Assembly: GCA_963820525.1 (NCBI GenBank)
Contig: CAWGAA010000002.1
Span: forward strand, 32,001 to 96,000
Direction of reading: 5' to 3'
Length of the DNA stretch: 64,000 nt
Origin: an uncultured Spirochaetota bacterium
GTDB lineage: Bacteria > Spirochaetota > Spirochaetia > SZUA-6 > Fen-1364
The notes beneath the pieces are model-generated. The model made no database searches. It was not told the DNA's origin and saw only the letters and a list, made by a program, of their open reading frames with translations. Shown here one piece after another: positions 42,595 to 53,458 of this stretch (its first letter is position 1; every line of letters begins with the position of its first letter). Made by a program: the position numbers and the translations under genes.

Positions 42595-43470
42595 CTAACC
42601 CTTGAGAGACCCGATCATGACCCCCTTCACGAAATACCTCTGGAGAAAGGGATAGATGATCACGATGGGGAACGTCGTGAGCACCATCGTGGCCAGGCGC
42701 AGCGACTGGCTAGAAACGCTTTGGCTGCTGTAGTTCGCCGACATAACACTCACGTTGACCGACTGGATGGCCTTCACCAGGTACTGCTGGAGCGTCAGGA
42801 GCTTGCGCCCGCCGTAGAGCATGGCGTCGAACCACGAGTTCCAATGCCACACCCCGTAGAACAGCGCGATGGTGGCCAGGACGGCCGTGGATAGGGGAAG
42901 GATGAGCTGCACGAAGATCCGGATCTCCGTGGCCCCGTCCATGTACGCGGATTCCTCGATCTCCGGCGAGATCTCCCGGAAGAACGACATCATGATGAAG
43001 GCGAAGAATGCGTTGAACATGTTGGGGATGATGAACACGAGGAAATTGCCGTACAGATGCAGCCCCTGGGCGATCAGCAAGTAGGTGGGGATGAGCCCCC
43101 CGCTGAAGTATATGGTCACGAGGGTCATGCCCAAGAATACGTTTCGCCCCCAGAGTCTCTTCTTCGAGATCCCATAGGCAAATGCCGCGGTGAAAAGCAC
43201 TCCCACCACGGTTCCAACTACAGTACGCGCCGTCGTGACCCATATGGCACGCAGGATCTCCGGGTCCCTCAGCACGTACTGGAAGTTGAGGACGGAAAAC
43301 ACCCGAGGCCAGAAGTAGACCGGACCCCTCAGAAGGTCCGTGGGATCGTTGAAGGAGGAGACGATAATGTAGAGGAAGGGGTAGAAGCACGCCACCATGA
43401 CGAGCGAGAGGAAAAGGGTGTTCAGCGTCACGAAAATTGCCTGTCCGACTGAAGTCCGTCCTATTCTCAT
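42595..43470 (-). CDS. Carbohydrate ABC permease (LplC-like)
   Basis: FSGGLIPTY, EESAYMDGA, YPFLQRYFVKG; start at MRIGRT. Confidence 0.92.
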   Translation of the reverse strand: MRIGRTSVGQAIFVTLNTLFLSLVMVACFYPFLYIIVSSFNDPTDLLRGPVYFWPRVFSVLNFQYVLRDPEILRAIWVTTARTVVGTVVGVLFTAAFAYGISKKRLWGRNVFLGMTLVTIYFSGGLIPTYLLIAQGLHLYGNFLVFIIPNMFNAFFAFIMMSFFREISPEIEESAYMDGATEIRIFVQLILPLSTAVLATIALFYGVWHWNSWFDAMLYGGRKLLTLQQYLVKAIQSVNVSVMSANYSSQSVSSQSLRLATMVLTTFPIVIIYPFLQRYFVKGVMIGSLKG

Positions 43471-43478
43471 CCTCGTCC

Positions 43479-44498
43479 TCAATATAGGCTCTGTCCCGTG
43501 AGCCGCCGGGACACCGAGTTGGCGATGGTGAGGAGGATCACGGCCGCCACCGAGCGGAACATTCCAACAGCCGCGGCGTAGGAGTAGCGCGTGAGCTGGA
43601 TGCCCATCCGGTAGGTGTAGGTGTCGATGATCTCCGTTGCATCGTGGATGATTGAGTTGCTGAGCAGGTACATCTGCTCGAAGAACTCGAAGTTGGCGCT
43701 GATGAGGCCCGCTACGGTGAAGATCAGGAGCACGATGATGGTCGGTTTGATGGAGGGGAGGGTGATATGCCGGATCCGGGTCCAACGGTTCGCCCCGTCT
43801 ATCGCGGCGGCCTCGTACAGAGTGGGATCGATGCCGGTTATGGCGGCGATGTAGATGATGGATTCCCACCCGAAGGACTTCCAGACGTGGCTCACGACCA
43901 CGAGGGACGGGACGTACGTTTCCGATGCGAGGAACAGGAGGGGCTTCTGCACGATTCCGAGCTGGAGAAGGATCTTGTTGACAATACCGTCGTCCACCGC
44001 AAGCACGACGTACAGGAAGCCCGACACGAAGACCCACGAGATGAAGTGCGGCAGGTAGCTCACCGTCTGGACGAACTTCTTAAACGAGAGTTTCTGCACC
44101 TCGTTCAGGAGGATGGCGAAGATGATCGGCGCGGGGAAGCCGAAGAGCATCTTCAGCAGGCTATAGAAGATTGTGTTCCACAGGGCGTGGAGGAAGTATT
44201 TGTCCGTGAAAGCCTCCTGGAACTGCTTCAAGCCCACCCAGGGACTCTGCGTGAATCCCTTGATCGGTCCCAGGAAGAGGTCGTATTCCTTGAAGGAAAT
44301 AACCAGACCGAGCATCGGGACGTAGTTGAAGACGATCATCCAAACCACAGCCGGAATCACGAGAATCAGGAGGTATCTCTGTCGTACGAGCGTATGCAGA
44401 AGGGAGGGGGCGTTCAACGGCGAACGAACGGCTCTGACCCTGCGGCCGCGGTCCGTTGCTGAATCTCGCTTCTTCAGCGTGCTCACGGAACCCTGCAT
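43479..44498 (-). CDS. Carbohydrate ABC permease (LplB-like)
   Basis: SYLPHFISWV, LYEAAAIDGA. Confidence 0.92.
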   Translation of the reverse strand: MQGSVSTLKKRDSATDRGRRVRAVRSPLNAPSLLHTLVRQRYLLILVIPAVVWMIVFNYVPMLGLVISFKEYDLFLGPIKGFTQSPWVGLKQFQEAFTDKYFLHALWNTIFYSLLKMLFGFPAPIIFAILLNEVQKLSFKKFVQTVSYLPHFISWVFVSGFLYVVLAVDDGIVNKILLQLGIVQKPLLFLASETYVPSLVVVSHVWKSFGWESIIYIAAITGIDPTLYEAAAIDGANRWTRIRHITLPSIKPTIIVLLIFTVAGLISANFEFFEQMYLLSNSIIHDATEIIDTYTYRMGIQLTRYSYAAAVGMFRSVAAVILLTIANSVSRRLTGQSLY

Positions 44499-44627
44499 GA
44501 CGGTATTGTGCGGGGGAGCGAAGGGAGCTGTAAAGTGACAAAGGACATCAAAACGAACCGAGATACGGTACTTTTGTCACAAGCACGTAGGCGCCGCAGG
44601 GATCTCCCATGGCTCCCCTCTTCCCCA

Positions 44628-45284
44628 TCAGGGCTGCGCGAGAGGCCACATCTTCTTCAGCTTCTGGATGAGCTCCATCCTGTCTCCCGCGTCGAAGGCA
44701 TCATAGAGGGAATGGATATAGTTCCTCACGCTGCGTTCCGAGATGCCGAGTGTCTCAGAAATCTGCCGGTTGTTCATAAGGCGCATCACGAGGTTCAACA
44801 CGTCCCGCTCACGCGGCGTGAGCCCTTCCATGATATTGTCCTGCGCACCCAACTCTCCCTCCTGGGAGCGGACTATCTTTTCCGTTACGGTCTCTGCAAA
44901 GAGCGTAGCCCCTCGAATGACCGCCTGAAGGTAAAGGACGAGGTCCTCCGGGGTCATGTTTTTCATAAGATAGCCAACCGCGCCGTATTTTACCGCGAAA
45001 TGCACGTACTCGTCGTCGTCGAAGGTCGTGAGCATCACGATCTTGATCTCTGGAAAGCTGCGATGGATCAGCTTGGTTGCTTCCACACCGTCCATGCGCG
45101 GCATGCGCACGTCCATGAGGATGACGTCCGGCCGCTTCGACTCCGCCATGTCGATGGCCATCTCTCCGTCGGTGGCGATACCGACCAACTCGATGTCCTC
45201 CGAGATCCCCTTCAGCACGTACTGGAGGCTCTCGGCGAAGAGGACCTGATCATCAGCGATCAGAAGCTTTATCTTCGTGGCCAT
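44628..45284 (-). CDS. NarL/LuxR-family response regulator
   Basis: IADDQ, LMDVRMP, LTPRERDVL HTH. Confidence 0.93.
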   Translation of the reverse strand: MATKIKLLIADDQVLFAESLQYVLKGISEDIELVGIATDGEMAIDMAESKRPDVILMDVRMPRMDGVEATKLIHRSFPEIKIVMLTTFDDDEYVHFAVKYGAVGYLMKNMTPEDLVLYLQAVIRGATLFAETVTEKIVRSQEGELGAQDNIMEGLTPRERDVLNLVMRLMNNRQISETLGISERSVRNYIHSLYDAFDAGDRMELIQKLKKMWPLAQP

Positions 45285-46512
45285 TTTCCTTTCCCGTGGG
45301 CAGATACATCGAGATCCTGAACCCCGTTTCAGCAGGATCGATAGCTACTCTGCCTCCCACGAGCGTGGCCCGCTCCTGCATCCCCTGGATGCCGATGCCT
45401 GGTGTCACGCCGTTCGGGCATCCGATTCCGTCATCGTCAAGCATGATCCTCAGGTTGTCTCCGTAGTCCCAGAGCATGATGGTCACCCGGGAGGCGCGTC
45501 CGTGGCGGAATGCATTGATGAGCCCTTCCTGTATGAAATGGTAGACCGCTTCGGGAAAACGCTCCAGATCCCTGATGTCGGCGTTGCCCATCTCATAGCG
45601 TACCTGCATGCCGGTGGAAATCGCGAAGACCTTCACCAGCTTTTTGACCGCCCAGTAGACGGACTCCTCCTTATGCTCTCGGGTGCGGAAATCCTGGAGG
45701 ATTCTCTTGATATTCGCGAGCCCTTCCTCCGTGTGGGCGCGGATGCGTTTGATGTAGGCCGGCACCCGCTCGGGCTCGGTGCGCACCATAACCTTGATCG
45801 CCTCCATCATCATGACCGTGTTGGTCAGTGTGTACCCGATGGCGTCATGGATGTCGCGCGTCAGCCTGTCCCGCTCCCGGGTGCGGGACTCCTGCTCGAT
45901 GTCCTTTGCATAATTCTGGGACAGGATATTGGCCCGGGTGAGTGAGGCGACGTTCTCCTCCAACCGGTCTGCGTATTTCTGCAGGTCGATGGTCTTCTCG
46001 TGCGTGCGGATCAGAAGCGAGCCGAGCGTCGCCAGCGCAATCCCCGTGAGCGCCATGGCGGCCGCCGCGAGGACTCCAGGACCGCCTCCGAGCAGGAGCG
46101 TCGCGGGCAGCAGCAACGCGGCTGCGCAGCTCAGGACGAGGCACGTCGGGAATGGCTCGAACAACAGCGCCCACAGGACGTTCGTGAGGACAAGCAGGAA
46201 ATTCGTCTCCAGGCGCAGCCTGTAGCAGTTCATCAGAAACGCAGTCCCGCAGGTGTAGAGCGCCAGCAGGTAGCGGAACGCGGTCTCCTTCTTCACCGCT
46301 ATCATGCACGCGGCACACACCGCCAGCGCAAAGACTCCGAGACCGTAGATGAGCTGCGCAATGGTCTCCGCGAACAGGAGAGAGGCTGCGCGGCGATCCG
46401 TGGCAACAAGGGCATAGGCCAACAGCGCAAGCGCGTACGCGCCAAAAACAAATGGAGCGCGCCAGGAGCCGACGCGTTGGGCGATACGCATGAAACGTTC
46501 TATGGGTCGCAT
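45253..46512 (-). CDS. HisKA_3 sensor histidine kinase
   Basis: TM N-terminus, RDIHDAIG, QEGLINAFRH, DDGIG, GIQGMQER. Confidence 0.92.
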   Translation of the reverse strand: MRPIERFMRIAQRVGSWRAPFVFGAYALALLAYALVATDRRAASLLFAETIAQLIYGLGVFALAVCAACMIAVKKETAFRYLLALYTCGTAFLMNCYRLRLETNFLLVLTNVLWALLFEPFPTCLVLSCAAALLLPATLLLGGGPGVLAAAAMALTGIALATLGSLLIRTHEKTIDLQKYADRLEENVASLTRANILSQNYAKDIEQESRTRERDRLTRDIHDAIGYTLTNTVMMMEAIKVMVRTEPERVPAYIKRIRAHTEEGLANIKRILQDFRTREHKEESVYWAVKKLVKVFAISTGMQVRYEMGNADIRDLERFPEAVYHFIQEGLINAFRHGRASRVTIMLWDYGDNLRIMLDDDGIGCPNGVTPGIGIQGMQERATLVGGRVAIDPAETGFRISMYLPTGKENGHEDKASDR

Positions 46513-46590
46513 TTGTCTTTACTACCGGACTTTTACACTGATACTACACTGTCCCTTTCTCGTCATCAAGGAGACCAGTTATGCGTCATT

Positions 46591-47180
46591 CAGGCTGTCG
46601 ATTTAACCTGGTCGCGCGGGTAGACGGTGGCTCGAGCTTCGCAGACCGATGGGAAATCTGATAGAATAGCGCTGAATAAGAAAGCGGGAGGGGAACGTGC
46701 GATTTTTCAGGGTACCTAATAGAAAACAAATGTTGCTTCTGATCCAGGTGAGCCTTGATAGCATTGCGCCTGTGGGAAGCGTGTTGCGGTGTATCGACGA
46801 ATTGGTGGATCAGCTGGACACCGCCGAAATCGAAAAGAACTATGATCTGGAAAGCGAACAAGGCCGGGAGCCGTTTCACCCGAAGACGTTGATCAAGGTA
46901 GCCCTGTACGCCTTGCACAACTGCCGGTTCACTCTGCGGAAGATGGAAGAGGACACCCGCAATCACTTGGGCTACAAGTGGCTTGCCGGGGATGAGGTGA
47001 TCGATCATTCCACGATGGGCTACTTTTTGAGCCGCTACAAAGATCAGATCGTGGAGCTGTTCACCCAGGTGGTGCTGCTGTGCGCCGAGCAGGAGCTTGT
47101 GGACTTCGAGGTCCTGGCGATCGACAGTGTGAAGCTGCGTGCCAACGCCTCCTACAAACAGAGCCGGGATCTTCGAGGGA
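46591..47180 (+). mobile_element. Truncated IS1182-family element (diverged relative of 17037..18758)
   Basis: CAGGCTGTCGA end; PFHPKTLIK…AIDSVKLRANA, then similarity stops. Confidence 0.85.
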
Positions 47181-47330
47181 TCCCACCCCAACAGGCCGCC
47201 GAGAGCGGCAATGCCAAGCGCGAAAGCGCGCGGCAGGGGCCCCATGACGGCAGCGACACGATAGCGTCGCGGGAGTCATGGGGAACTATCCCAATTATCC
47301 TTCACCCATTTTCTTCGCTGAAGAAACTTT

Positions 47331-47445
<115 letters not shown>

Positions 47446-47514
47446 TTTTTTATTTGATTGCTGAATTGCTGCGCTGAATGTCACATGCGCATGCAATAAA
47501 TCCGTCGAGTGATG

Positions 47515-47765
47515 CTATGGCCTATCCCTTTCCACCGGCTCTATCTCCGGCGGCCCGAAGTAGCTCTTGGGAAGCGTGAGGTCGCTGATGATCAACTTCT
47601 GGAGGACGATCCCCGGATCTAGCATGGTGACCTTCAGAAGGTGCGGGCCGGGCTCGGCCACCGCGTGGGTGGATCTGAGGTAGCGCGCATTGTCGCGCGT
47701 GAACTGCGTCCACCAACCCTTTCCCAGGAAAATTTCGTCTGCTCGATTGGCGAAGATGTCCAGCT
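47515..47765 (-). pseudogene. GH115-like C-terminal fragment
   Basis: PGPHLLKVTMLDPGIVLQKLII…PKSYFGPPE; upstream part absent. Confidence 0.65.
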
Positions 47766-48038
47766 GTCTCTCAGCAGCGCTACAGCGCTGCGAACGTGCA
47801 CCGAAGGCGCACGTCTGATGCCGAGGGCGGCAGCTGGCTCGCGCAAGCGAGACAGCGAGAGCCCGAGGCCAACCGGGGCCCAACAGCGGCAGCGGCTGGA
47901 GCGCCGAAGGCGCGAAGCCGCGGGAGCTATGGGGAATCCTGAATCCTTCACCCGCAACCCTAACTGTGTGATTATTGCCTTGAGACCCGCGACTCGGACC
48001 TGCAACTGGGTCTGTTTCCGCGGTCGCTTGAAGGTCCC

Positions 48039-49436
48039 GTGAGCTCGGCCTCGCAATGCCGCGCGTGGTCGTGGTATAGTCACCCTGTGAGACTGACCTC
48101 CCGGGCAGCCTTTGCCGCAATCACCAAGATGGTCCTTCTGCTGGCCCTGGGCGCCGGGCTGGCAGCCTGCGGCCCCGGGAGAAGCCCGGGCCCCGGTTCC
48201 GGCGCGCCCCGGAAGATCCAGGTCATGGCGTCGGATGGCTGGATCTACGATGTCATGGGAGAGAACGCGAAGCTCTTCGAAAAGGAGACCGGCATCAAGG
48301 TCTCCTTCACGATCTACGCTCCCAATGTCTATTTCCGGGCACTCCAGACAATGCTCGCCGCCGGGGAAGCCACCGACGTTTTCCTCATGCAATCTACGAG
48401 GTGGTACCTCGGCAGCGACATCGATCCGCAGAAGTACTGTATCGACCTGACCAACGAAGAGTGGACCACGCGCCTGAAGCCCGAGTGGCTTCCGGCAGTT
48501 TCGTACAAGGGCCGGGTCTACGGCCTTATCGTCTGGGATGATATGGTCGGCTGGGTCTATACGTACAACGACAGGATCTTCAAAAGACTGGGGCTCAGCG
48601 CGCCCAGGAACACACAGGAGTTCATGACCGTCTGCGAGCGCATCACGCAGGCCGGCATCGTCCCCATCTATGAGCCGGGGGCCGCCCGCTGGCACTCAGC
48701 GTTGACGTTCTTCGAGATAGGCGCCACGTTCGAGGAGAACGACCCCGGGCTGTATGACCGGCTCAACGCGAACGGGCTGACATTCGCCGGATATAAGCCG
48801 TTCCGCCGTGCCCTGGACCAGATCCTCCTTGCGGCCGACCGCGGCTACTTCGGAAGCGACTTCATGGCCAATACCATCGAGGGATCGAAGACCGCGCTCA
48901 TTTCGGAAGCCGCGGCAATGACGCTGAACAAGATCGGGTTCGCAAGGAGCGTCCTCAAGGCGAACCCCGATTCCGGCGCGCAGTCCTGGGGGATGTTCCC
49001 CATTCCGTGGATCGACAACCGCACCGTGAGTATTGAACGCTCCGCACCCACGTGGTTCGGAAACGCGAAAAGCCGAGACCCCGTGGCGGTGCTCGGGTTC
49101 TTCCGTTTCTTGACCCGGGAGGACAATCTCTACCGGTACGCGGTGGACCAGCCCGAAGGAATCAGTCTCTCATTTCCTACCCAGCCAGTACCCCTGCTGC
49201 CGAACGAGCAATCGTTCCTCAGCTCCGCGCACCTGGGCGGAGAGCCTTTCCAGGGCGGAGTCAAGTACATCATGGGACAGTGGATGGAGATGGAAGCCGA
49301 CTTCGAGCAGATGTTGGTCGGCGCGATGGCTCCGCAGGCTTTCCTCTCCAACATCGACGCCCGTCGGGCCAACATGGCCGGCGCGGCCCGGGACCCCGCT
49401 TGGCAGAGGCCTACGGCCGGTCTATCGAATCCTTGA
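48039..49436 (+). CDS. ABC solute-binding lipoprotein (start uncertain)
   Basis: Lipobox LAAC, FEKETGIKV, YNDRIFKRLG, AGIVPI. Confidence 0.85.
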   Translation: MSSASQCRAWSWYSHPVRLTSRAAFAAITKMVLLLALGAGLAACGPGRSPGPGSGAPRKIQVMASDGWIYDVMGENAKLFEKETGIKVSFTIYAPNVYFRALQTMLAAGEATDVFLMQSTRWYLGSDIDPQKYCIDLTNEEWTTRLKPEWLPAVSYKGRVYGLIVWDDMVGWVYTYNDRIFKRLGLSAPRNTQEFMTVCERITQAGIVPIYEPGAARWHSALTFFEIGATFEENDPGLYDRLNANGLTFAGYKPFRRALDQILLAADRGYFGSDFMANTIEGSKTALISEAAAMTLNKIGFARSVLKANPDSGAQSWGMFPIPWIDNRTVSIERSAPTWFGNAKSRDPVAVLGFFRFLTREDNLYRYAVDQPEGISLSFPTQPVPLLPNEQSFLSSAHLGGEPFQGGVKYIMGQWMEMEADFEQMLVGAMAPQAFLSNIDARRANMAGAARDPAWQRPTAGLSNP

Positions 49437-50178
49437 ATGCGGATGGGTTTAGGCCGGTTTCCTTCTTGAACAGGCGGGAGAAATACAGCGCGTCCTCGTA
49501 GCCCACCGCTGCGGCAACCTGCTTGATCTCGAGCTGGGGGTGTCCCACGAGCAGGCGCTTGGCCTTCTCTATGCGAAGACGGATGAGGTCCTGCGTGGGC
49601 GTGCGTCCCGTGATCTTGCGGTAGAGCCGAAGGAGGTACGCTGCCTTGCATCCAAATGAAGCTGCCAAACGCTCGAGGGAGTAGGGTTGCCGGTAATTCT
49701 CTTGTAGATAGACCTCCACGGCCTTCGCCAGATCGTTTTCCCGGGCGCCGATCCGGTCCAATCCGAACTCGGCGTCCACCGATCCGGCCGATGCTTCCAG
49801 CCGTATTCGGATTCGACGGAGGGTCTCCCGCAGTATATCGACGTCGATGGGCTTCAGAATGTAGTCGTCCACGCCGAGCTCGATCGCCCGGCGGGCATAC
49901 TCGAACTCGCTGTAGCCGGAGACGATCAGTATCCGCAGGTCGGGATTCGTGCGGCGAATTCTCTCCACAAGCTCCAGCCCGCCCAGCACGGGCATCTTGA
50001 TGTCGGTGATGAGCAGGTCGGGAAGGTGACGCTCCACCAGCTCCACGGCCTCCTCGCCATCGGTCGCCGTCCCCACACATTCGAGGTTGTGGTCGAGCTC
50101 CGCGGTCTTACGGGCCAGATAGTCCCGCATCCTCTCCTCGTCCTCCGCGACGACGAAGGTGAGTCGACGTTCAGCCAT
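49411..50178 (-). CDS. YesN-like response regulator (REC + AraC)
   Basis: AEDE, TDIKMP, YFSRLFKKETG. Confidence 0.93.
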   Translation of the reverse strand: MAERRLTFVVAEDEERMRDYLARKTAELDHNLECVGTATDGEEAVELVERHLPDLLITDIKMPVLGGLELVERIRRTNPDLRILIVSGYSEFEYARRAIELGVDDYILKPIDVDILRETLRRIRIRLEASAGSVDAEFGLDRIGARENDLAKAVEVYLQENYRQPYSLERLAASFGCKAAYLLRLYRKITGRTPTQDLIRLRIEKAKRLLVGHPQLEIKQVAAAVGYEDALYFSRLFKKETGLNPSAFKDSIDRP

Positions 50179-52048
50179 TGAACCCTGCCCCCATGGCGAT
50201 CCGCGCGCCCCCTTCAGGCCGGTTTGTGATCTCGAAGACGATTCCTTCCCCGAACGCGAGCCTGAGCCTCTCGTAGGAATTAAGGATTCCCATTCCCGAG
50301 ATCGACATAGGGGACAAGCCATTGCCCGTCCGCCGAGCGGCGAGCTTCTCGGAGATGCGCGCGAGAGTCTCCGTCGTGAATCCGGGTCCGTTGTCAAGGA
50401 TTTCTATCATCCACCGGCCATCCGCGCAGCCGCCGCGAAGCTCGATGCGCCATGGAGGTCTGGTGGACGTCCCGTACTTGAAGCAGTTCTCTATGAACGG
50501 CTGGAGAATCAGCCGGGGCACGACAATCTCCCTCACTGCGCTGGGGACGTCGATCACGTACTTCAGGCTCCCTCCAAACCTCGCCCGCATGGCGGCGAGG
50601 TAGCTCTCCGCATACTCCATCTCCTTTCCGAGAGTAGCGGTCGTCTCCTCGGTGGACGACACGTAGCGGAGAACGCGTACCAGGTTTGAGATCAGGTCCT
50701 GGATGGCAGCCGTAGAACCTTCCTCTGCCATGATGGCGATAGTCTGGAGCATGTTGTGGAGAAAGTGCGGATTGAGCTGCGACTGAAGAGCAACGAGCTG
50801 GGCTTCCTTCTCGTGCGCCCGCAGGGAGACTGCCTCCCGGATCGATTCATTGAGCTTCAACCTCATGTCGCGGAAGGCCAGACGCAGCTCGTCTATCTCG
50901 CCGAGGTTAGGCCTGTGCGTCCCCTCGGTGGTCTTGTCCAGGTTTCCCAGGTCCAGTGCCTCGATCTCCGCGTGCAGCGCCTTGATCGGAACCGTCACAC
51001 GGCGGGCGATGAAGTAGGACGCACCAAGGGAGCAGGCGATCGCCGTCAGAGTCAGGAGCGCGATCCGCACGGCGTATTGTAGGACGCTCGCGGCCAGCCC
51101 CGCGGATGGTTCGCCGATCAGGAGGGTCCAACCCGTATCACGCGACACGGCGGCCGCGAAGATCTGCGGTTCCCGCTTGCCCGGAAGGACGCCGGTCACG
51201 ATCAGGCGGCGCGCCGCCTGATCTGCGATCCGCAGGAGCGCGGGCGCATCGACGGGAGGCCCCTCGTAGGGATAGAGCTGGTTCCCGCTGCGGTCGAAGA
51301 CGAAGATCGATGCGGATGAGCCGCTGAGCAGATCCAGCTCACTGAACAGCGTATCGCAGTACTGCTCCACCTCGACGATGCCCTGCGTGGAAAGCAGGGC
51401 ATCCTGGAACGTCCTCAGCAAAGATACGTACCGCTTGTCCTTGACGATGACCGAGGTCTCTTCCAGGAGCGGATCCATGTGGGGCGGGAGGATCACTCGT
51501 TCGCCGCCGGCCTGCATGACCTCGGCATACCAAGGCTCGCGTGTCACGGCCCGCTCGATGAGACGGCTGTAGTATCCGGCTCCGATCATCTCGCCGCGAA
51601 GGTCGAAGATGTTCACCTGCGGCGCTGACTGGTTGGGTCCGAGAATCGTATCACTGATCTCGATCAAGGTTTCCGTGTTCTCCAGCTTGGAGATTCTCTC
51701 GCCGGCCGACGCCGGCGAACGCGGGAGCGCGAGGTGCCGCGCATAGAGGCCCTGGAAAACTTGTGAGTAGATCAGCGTCAGGCTCAGCCGGTTCATCTCG
51801 GACACTTGGGCGTCCAGGTTCGTCATGATGGACTTGGAGAGAGACGTCAACGCCTCGGCAAAGCGCTCCCGCGCCACCCCCGAGGCGTAGTCGTACACCA
51901 CCAGCGAGAAGGCGATGAGCACGCATGCCAGCAGGAGCGAGACGGAAAGGAAGATGGACCCCCGGACGGTCCGGCTACGCGACACGGACACATGATAGCA
52001 CATGGCAGAAGCAGCGGGGCATGGAATTTTGTCCATGATCCCGCGCAA
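50171..52048 (-). CDS. YesM-like sensor histidine kinase
   Basis: LQSQLNPHFLHNML, LQPFIEN, DNGPG; HAMP domain. Confidence 0.93.
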   Translation of the reverse strand: MRGIMDKIPCPAASAMCYHVSVSRSRTVRGSIFLSVSLLLACVLIAFSLVVYDYASGVARERFAEALTSLSKSIMTNLDAQVSEMNRLSLTLIYSQVFQGLYARHLALPRSPASAGERISKLENTETLIEISDTILGPNQSAPQVNIFDLRGEMIGAGYYSRLIERAVTREPWYAEVMQAGGERVILPPHMDPLLEETSVIVKDKRYVSLLRTFQDALLSTQGIVEVEQYCDTLFSELDLLSGSSASIFVFDRSGNQLYPYEGPPVDAPALLRIADQAARRLIVTGVLPGKREPQIFAAAVSRDTGWTLLIGEPSAGLAASVLQYAVRIALLTLTAIACSLGASYFIARRVTVPIKALHAEIEALDLGNLDKTTEGTHRPNLGEIDELRLAFRDMRLKLNESIREAVSLRAHEKEAQLVALQSQLNPHFLHNMLQTIAIMAEEGSTAAIQDLISNLVRVLRYVSSTEETTATLGKEMEYAESYLAAMRARFGGSLKYVIDVPSAVREIVVPRLILQPFIENCFKYGTSTRPPWRIELRGGCADGRWMIEILDNGPGFTTETLARISEKLAARRTGNGLSPMSISGMGILNSYERLRLAFGEGIVFEITNRPEGGARIAMGAGFNG

Positions 52049-52118
52049 CCCAATCCATTTACGGCGCCGCGGTGCAGCCGGATACTGGAGAGCAACAATT
52101 CACTCGAAGGAGGTTTAC

Positions 52119-53399
52119 ATGCTCAGAAAATCCATTCTCTGTTTCGTGATCTTGGCGCTCTGCGCGGTGCCGGGTCTCTTTGCTAAAGGCGGCTCGGAGA
52201 AGGTAACACTCACCGTCTGGGACTTCAAATACGGCGAGGTCGCGGAGGGCCAGTCCCAGAAGCCCATGAAGCAGATGGACACGCTGTTCATGGAGAAGTA
52301 CCCGGGAGTCACGATCAACCACGTGGCGCAGCCCAACGACACCTACTACCAGATCATCCAAGCTGCGGCCAGTGCAAACAAGGGACCGGACGTGGCGATG
52401 TTCCACCCCGGCACTCGGGCCAACGAGTTTGATGACATCCTGGTCGCCCTCGACCCCTATATCGCGGATGTGAAAAGCCAGTTCACGACGGCGGGCATCC
52501 TCGCGTGCTCAAAGGACGGCAAGGTGAAGCTCCTGCCCATGACCATGCAGGGGTTCGGCTTCTACTACAACAAGGACTACTTCAAGAAGGCAGGCCTGGA
52601 TCCCGAGAAGGCACCCAAGGCCTCGGCTGACTTCCTCGCGGCCTGTGAGAAGCTGAAGGCGGCCGGCATAGTTCCCATCACAGTCGGCCAGACCTACACC
52701 CTCGATTTCATCCTTCGCTGCTTTGTGGCGAACGTCTTCGGCCCGAACGTCATCGGGCTCAAGGACGGCTCCGCGAAATTCACGGATCCCCTGTTCAAAG
52801 AGGGCGTCGAGTTTGTCAAAACGCTCATCAGCAAGGGCTATCTGGAGAAGGAAGGATTCTCCCGGCCGTATTTCATGGACGGGATCGACAAGTTCGCCGC
52901 CGGCGGCGGGGGCATGTTCATGGGGCTTCTGTCGGACGTCGGCAACTGGTATGTGTTCTCCAACAAGCTGGGAGCGGCCAACGTGGGCTATTTCCCCACG
53001 GTCAACTTCCCTGACAGCAAGTACAAAGACCGGCAGATGGCCCAGGGTGCGGGGATCGGCTACGGAGTCATGAAGTGGTCGAAGAATGCCGAGGCTGCCG
53101 CGGGCTACGTCAAGTTCTACACCACCGGAGAAGCGGCGAAGATCTACGCCAGCGGCACCGGGGCGATGTCGCCGCTCACGGCTTCAACCGGCCTCGAAGT
53201 GTCCTATCCCGCTTTGAAGAGCATCCAGGGGTACCTCAAGAGCGGTACCGCCGTGGACTACATCTCCGGAGTCTTCGCCAATTACGGCGGGTACGAAGAT
53301 GATTCGAACAGGCTTCTCGACCGGGTGTTCGTTACCAACGAGCTCTCCACGGACCAGTTCATCACCGAATACCAGAAAATCATAGAAGGTAAGAACTAG
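52119..53399 (+). CDS. Sugar ABC solute-binding protein
   Basis: AGGAGG RBS, FAKGGSE leader, YYNKDYFKKAGLD. Confidence 0.9.
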   Translation: MLRKSILCFVILALCAVPGLFAKGGSEKVTLTVWDFKYGEVAEGQSQKPMKQMDTLFMEKYPGVTINHVAQPNDTYYQIIQAAASANKGPDVAMFHPGTRANEFDDILVALDPYIADVKSQFTTAGILACSKDGKVKLLPMTMQGFGFYYNKDYFKKAGLDPEKAPKASADFLAACEKLKAAGIVPITVGQTYTLDFILRCFVANVFGPNVIGLKDGSAKFTDPLFKEGVEFVKTLISKGYLEKEGFSRPYFMDGIDKFAAGGGGMFMGLLSDVGNWYVFSNKLGAANVGYFPTVNFPDSKYKDRQMAQGAGIGYGVMKWSKNAEAAAGYVKFYTTGEAAKIYASGTGAMSPLTASTGLEVSYPALKSIQGYLKSGTAVDYISGVFANYGGYEDDSNRLLDRVFVTNELSTDQFITEYQKIIEGKN

Positions 53400-53409
53400 A
53401 TACATCGAG

Positions 53410-53443
53410 GAGGACGGGGCCTCAAACCCCGTCCTCTTTGTTT
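53410..53443 (+). terminator. Stem-loop between SBP and permease genes
   Basis: GAGGACGGGG-7nt-CCCCGTCCTC followed by TTTGTTT. Confidence 0.7.
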
Positions 53444-53458
53444 CACGGAGTATCGAGC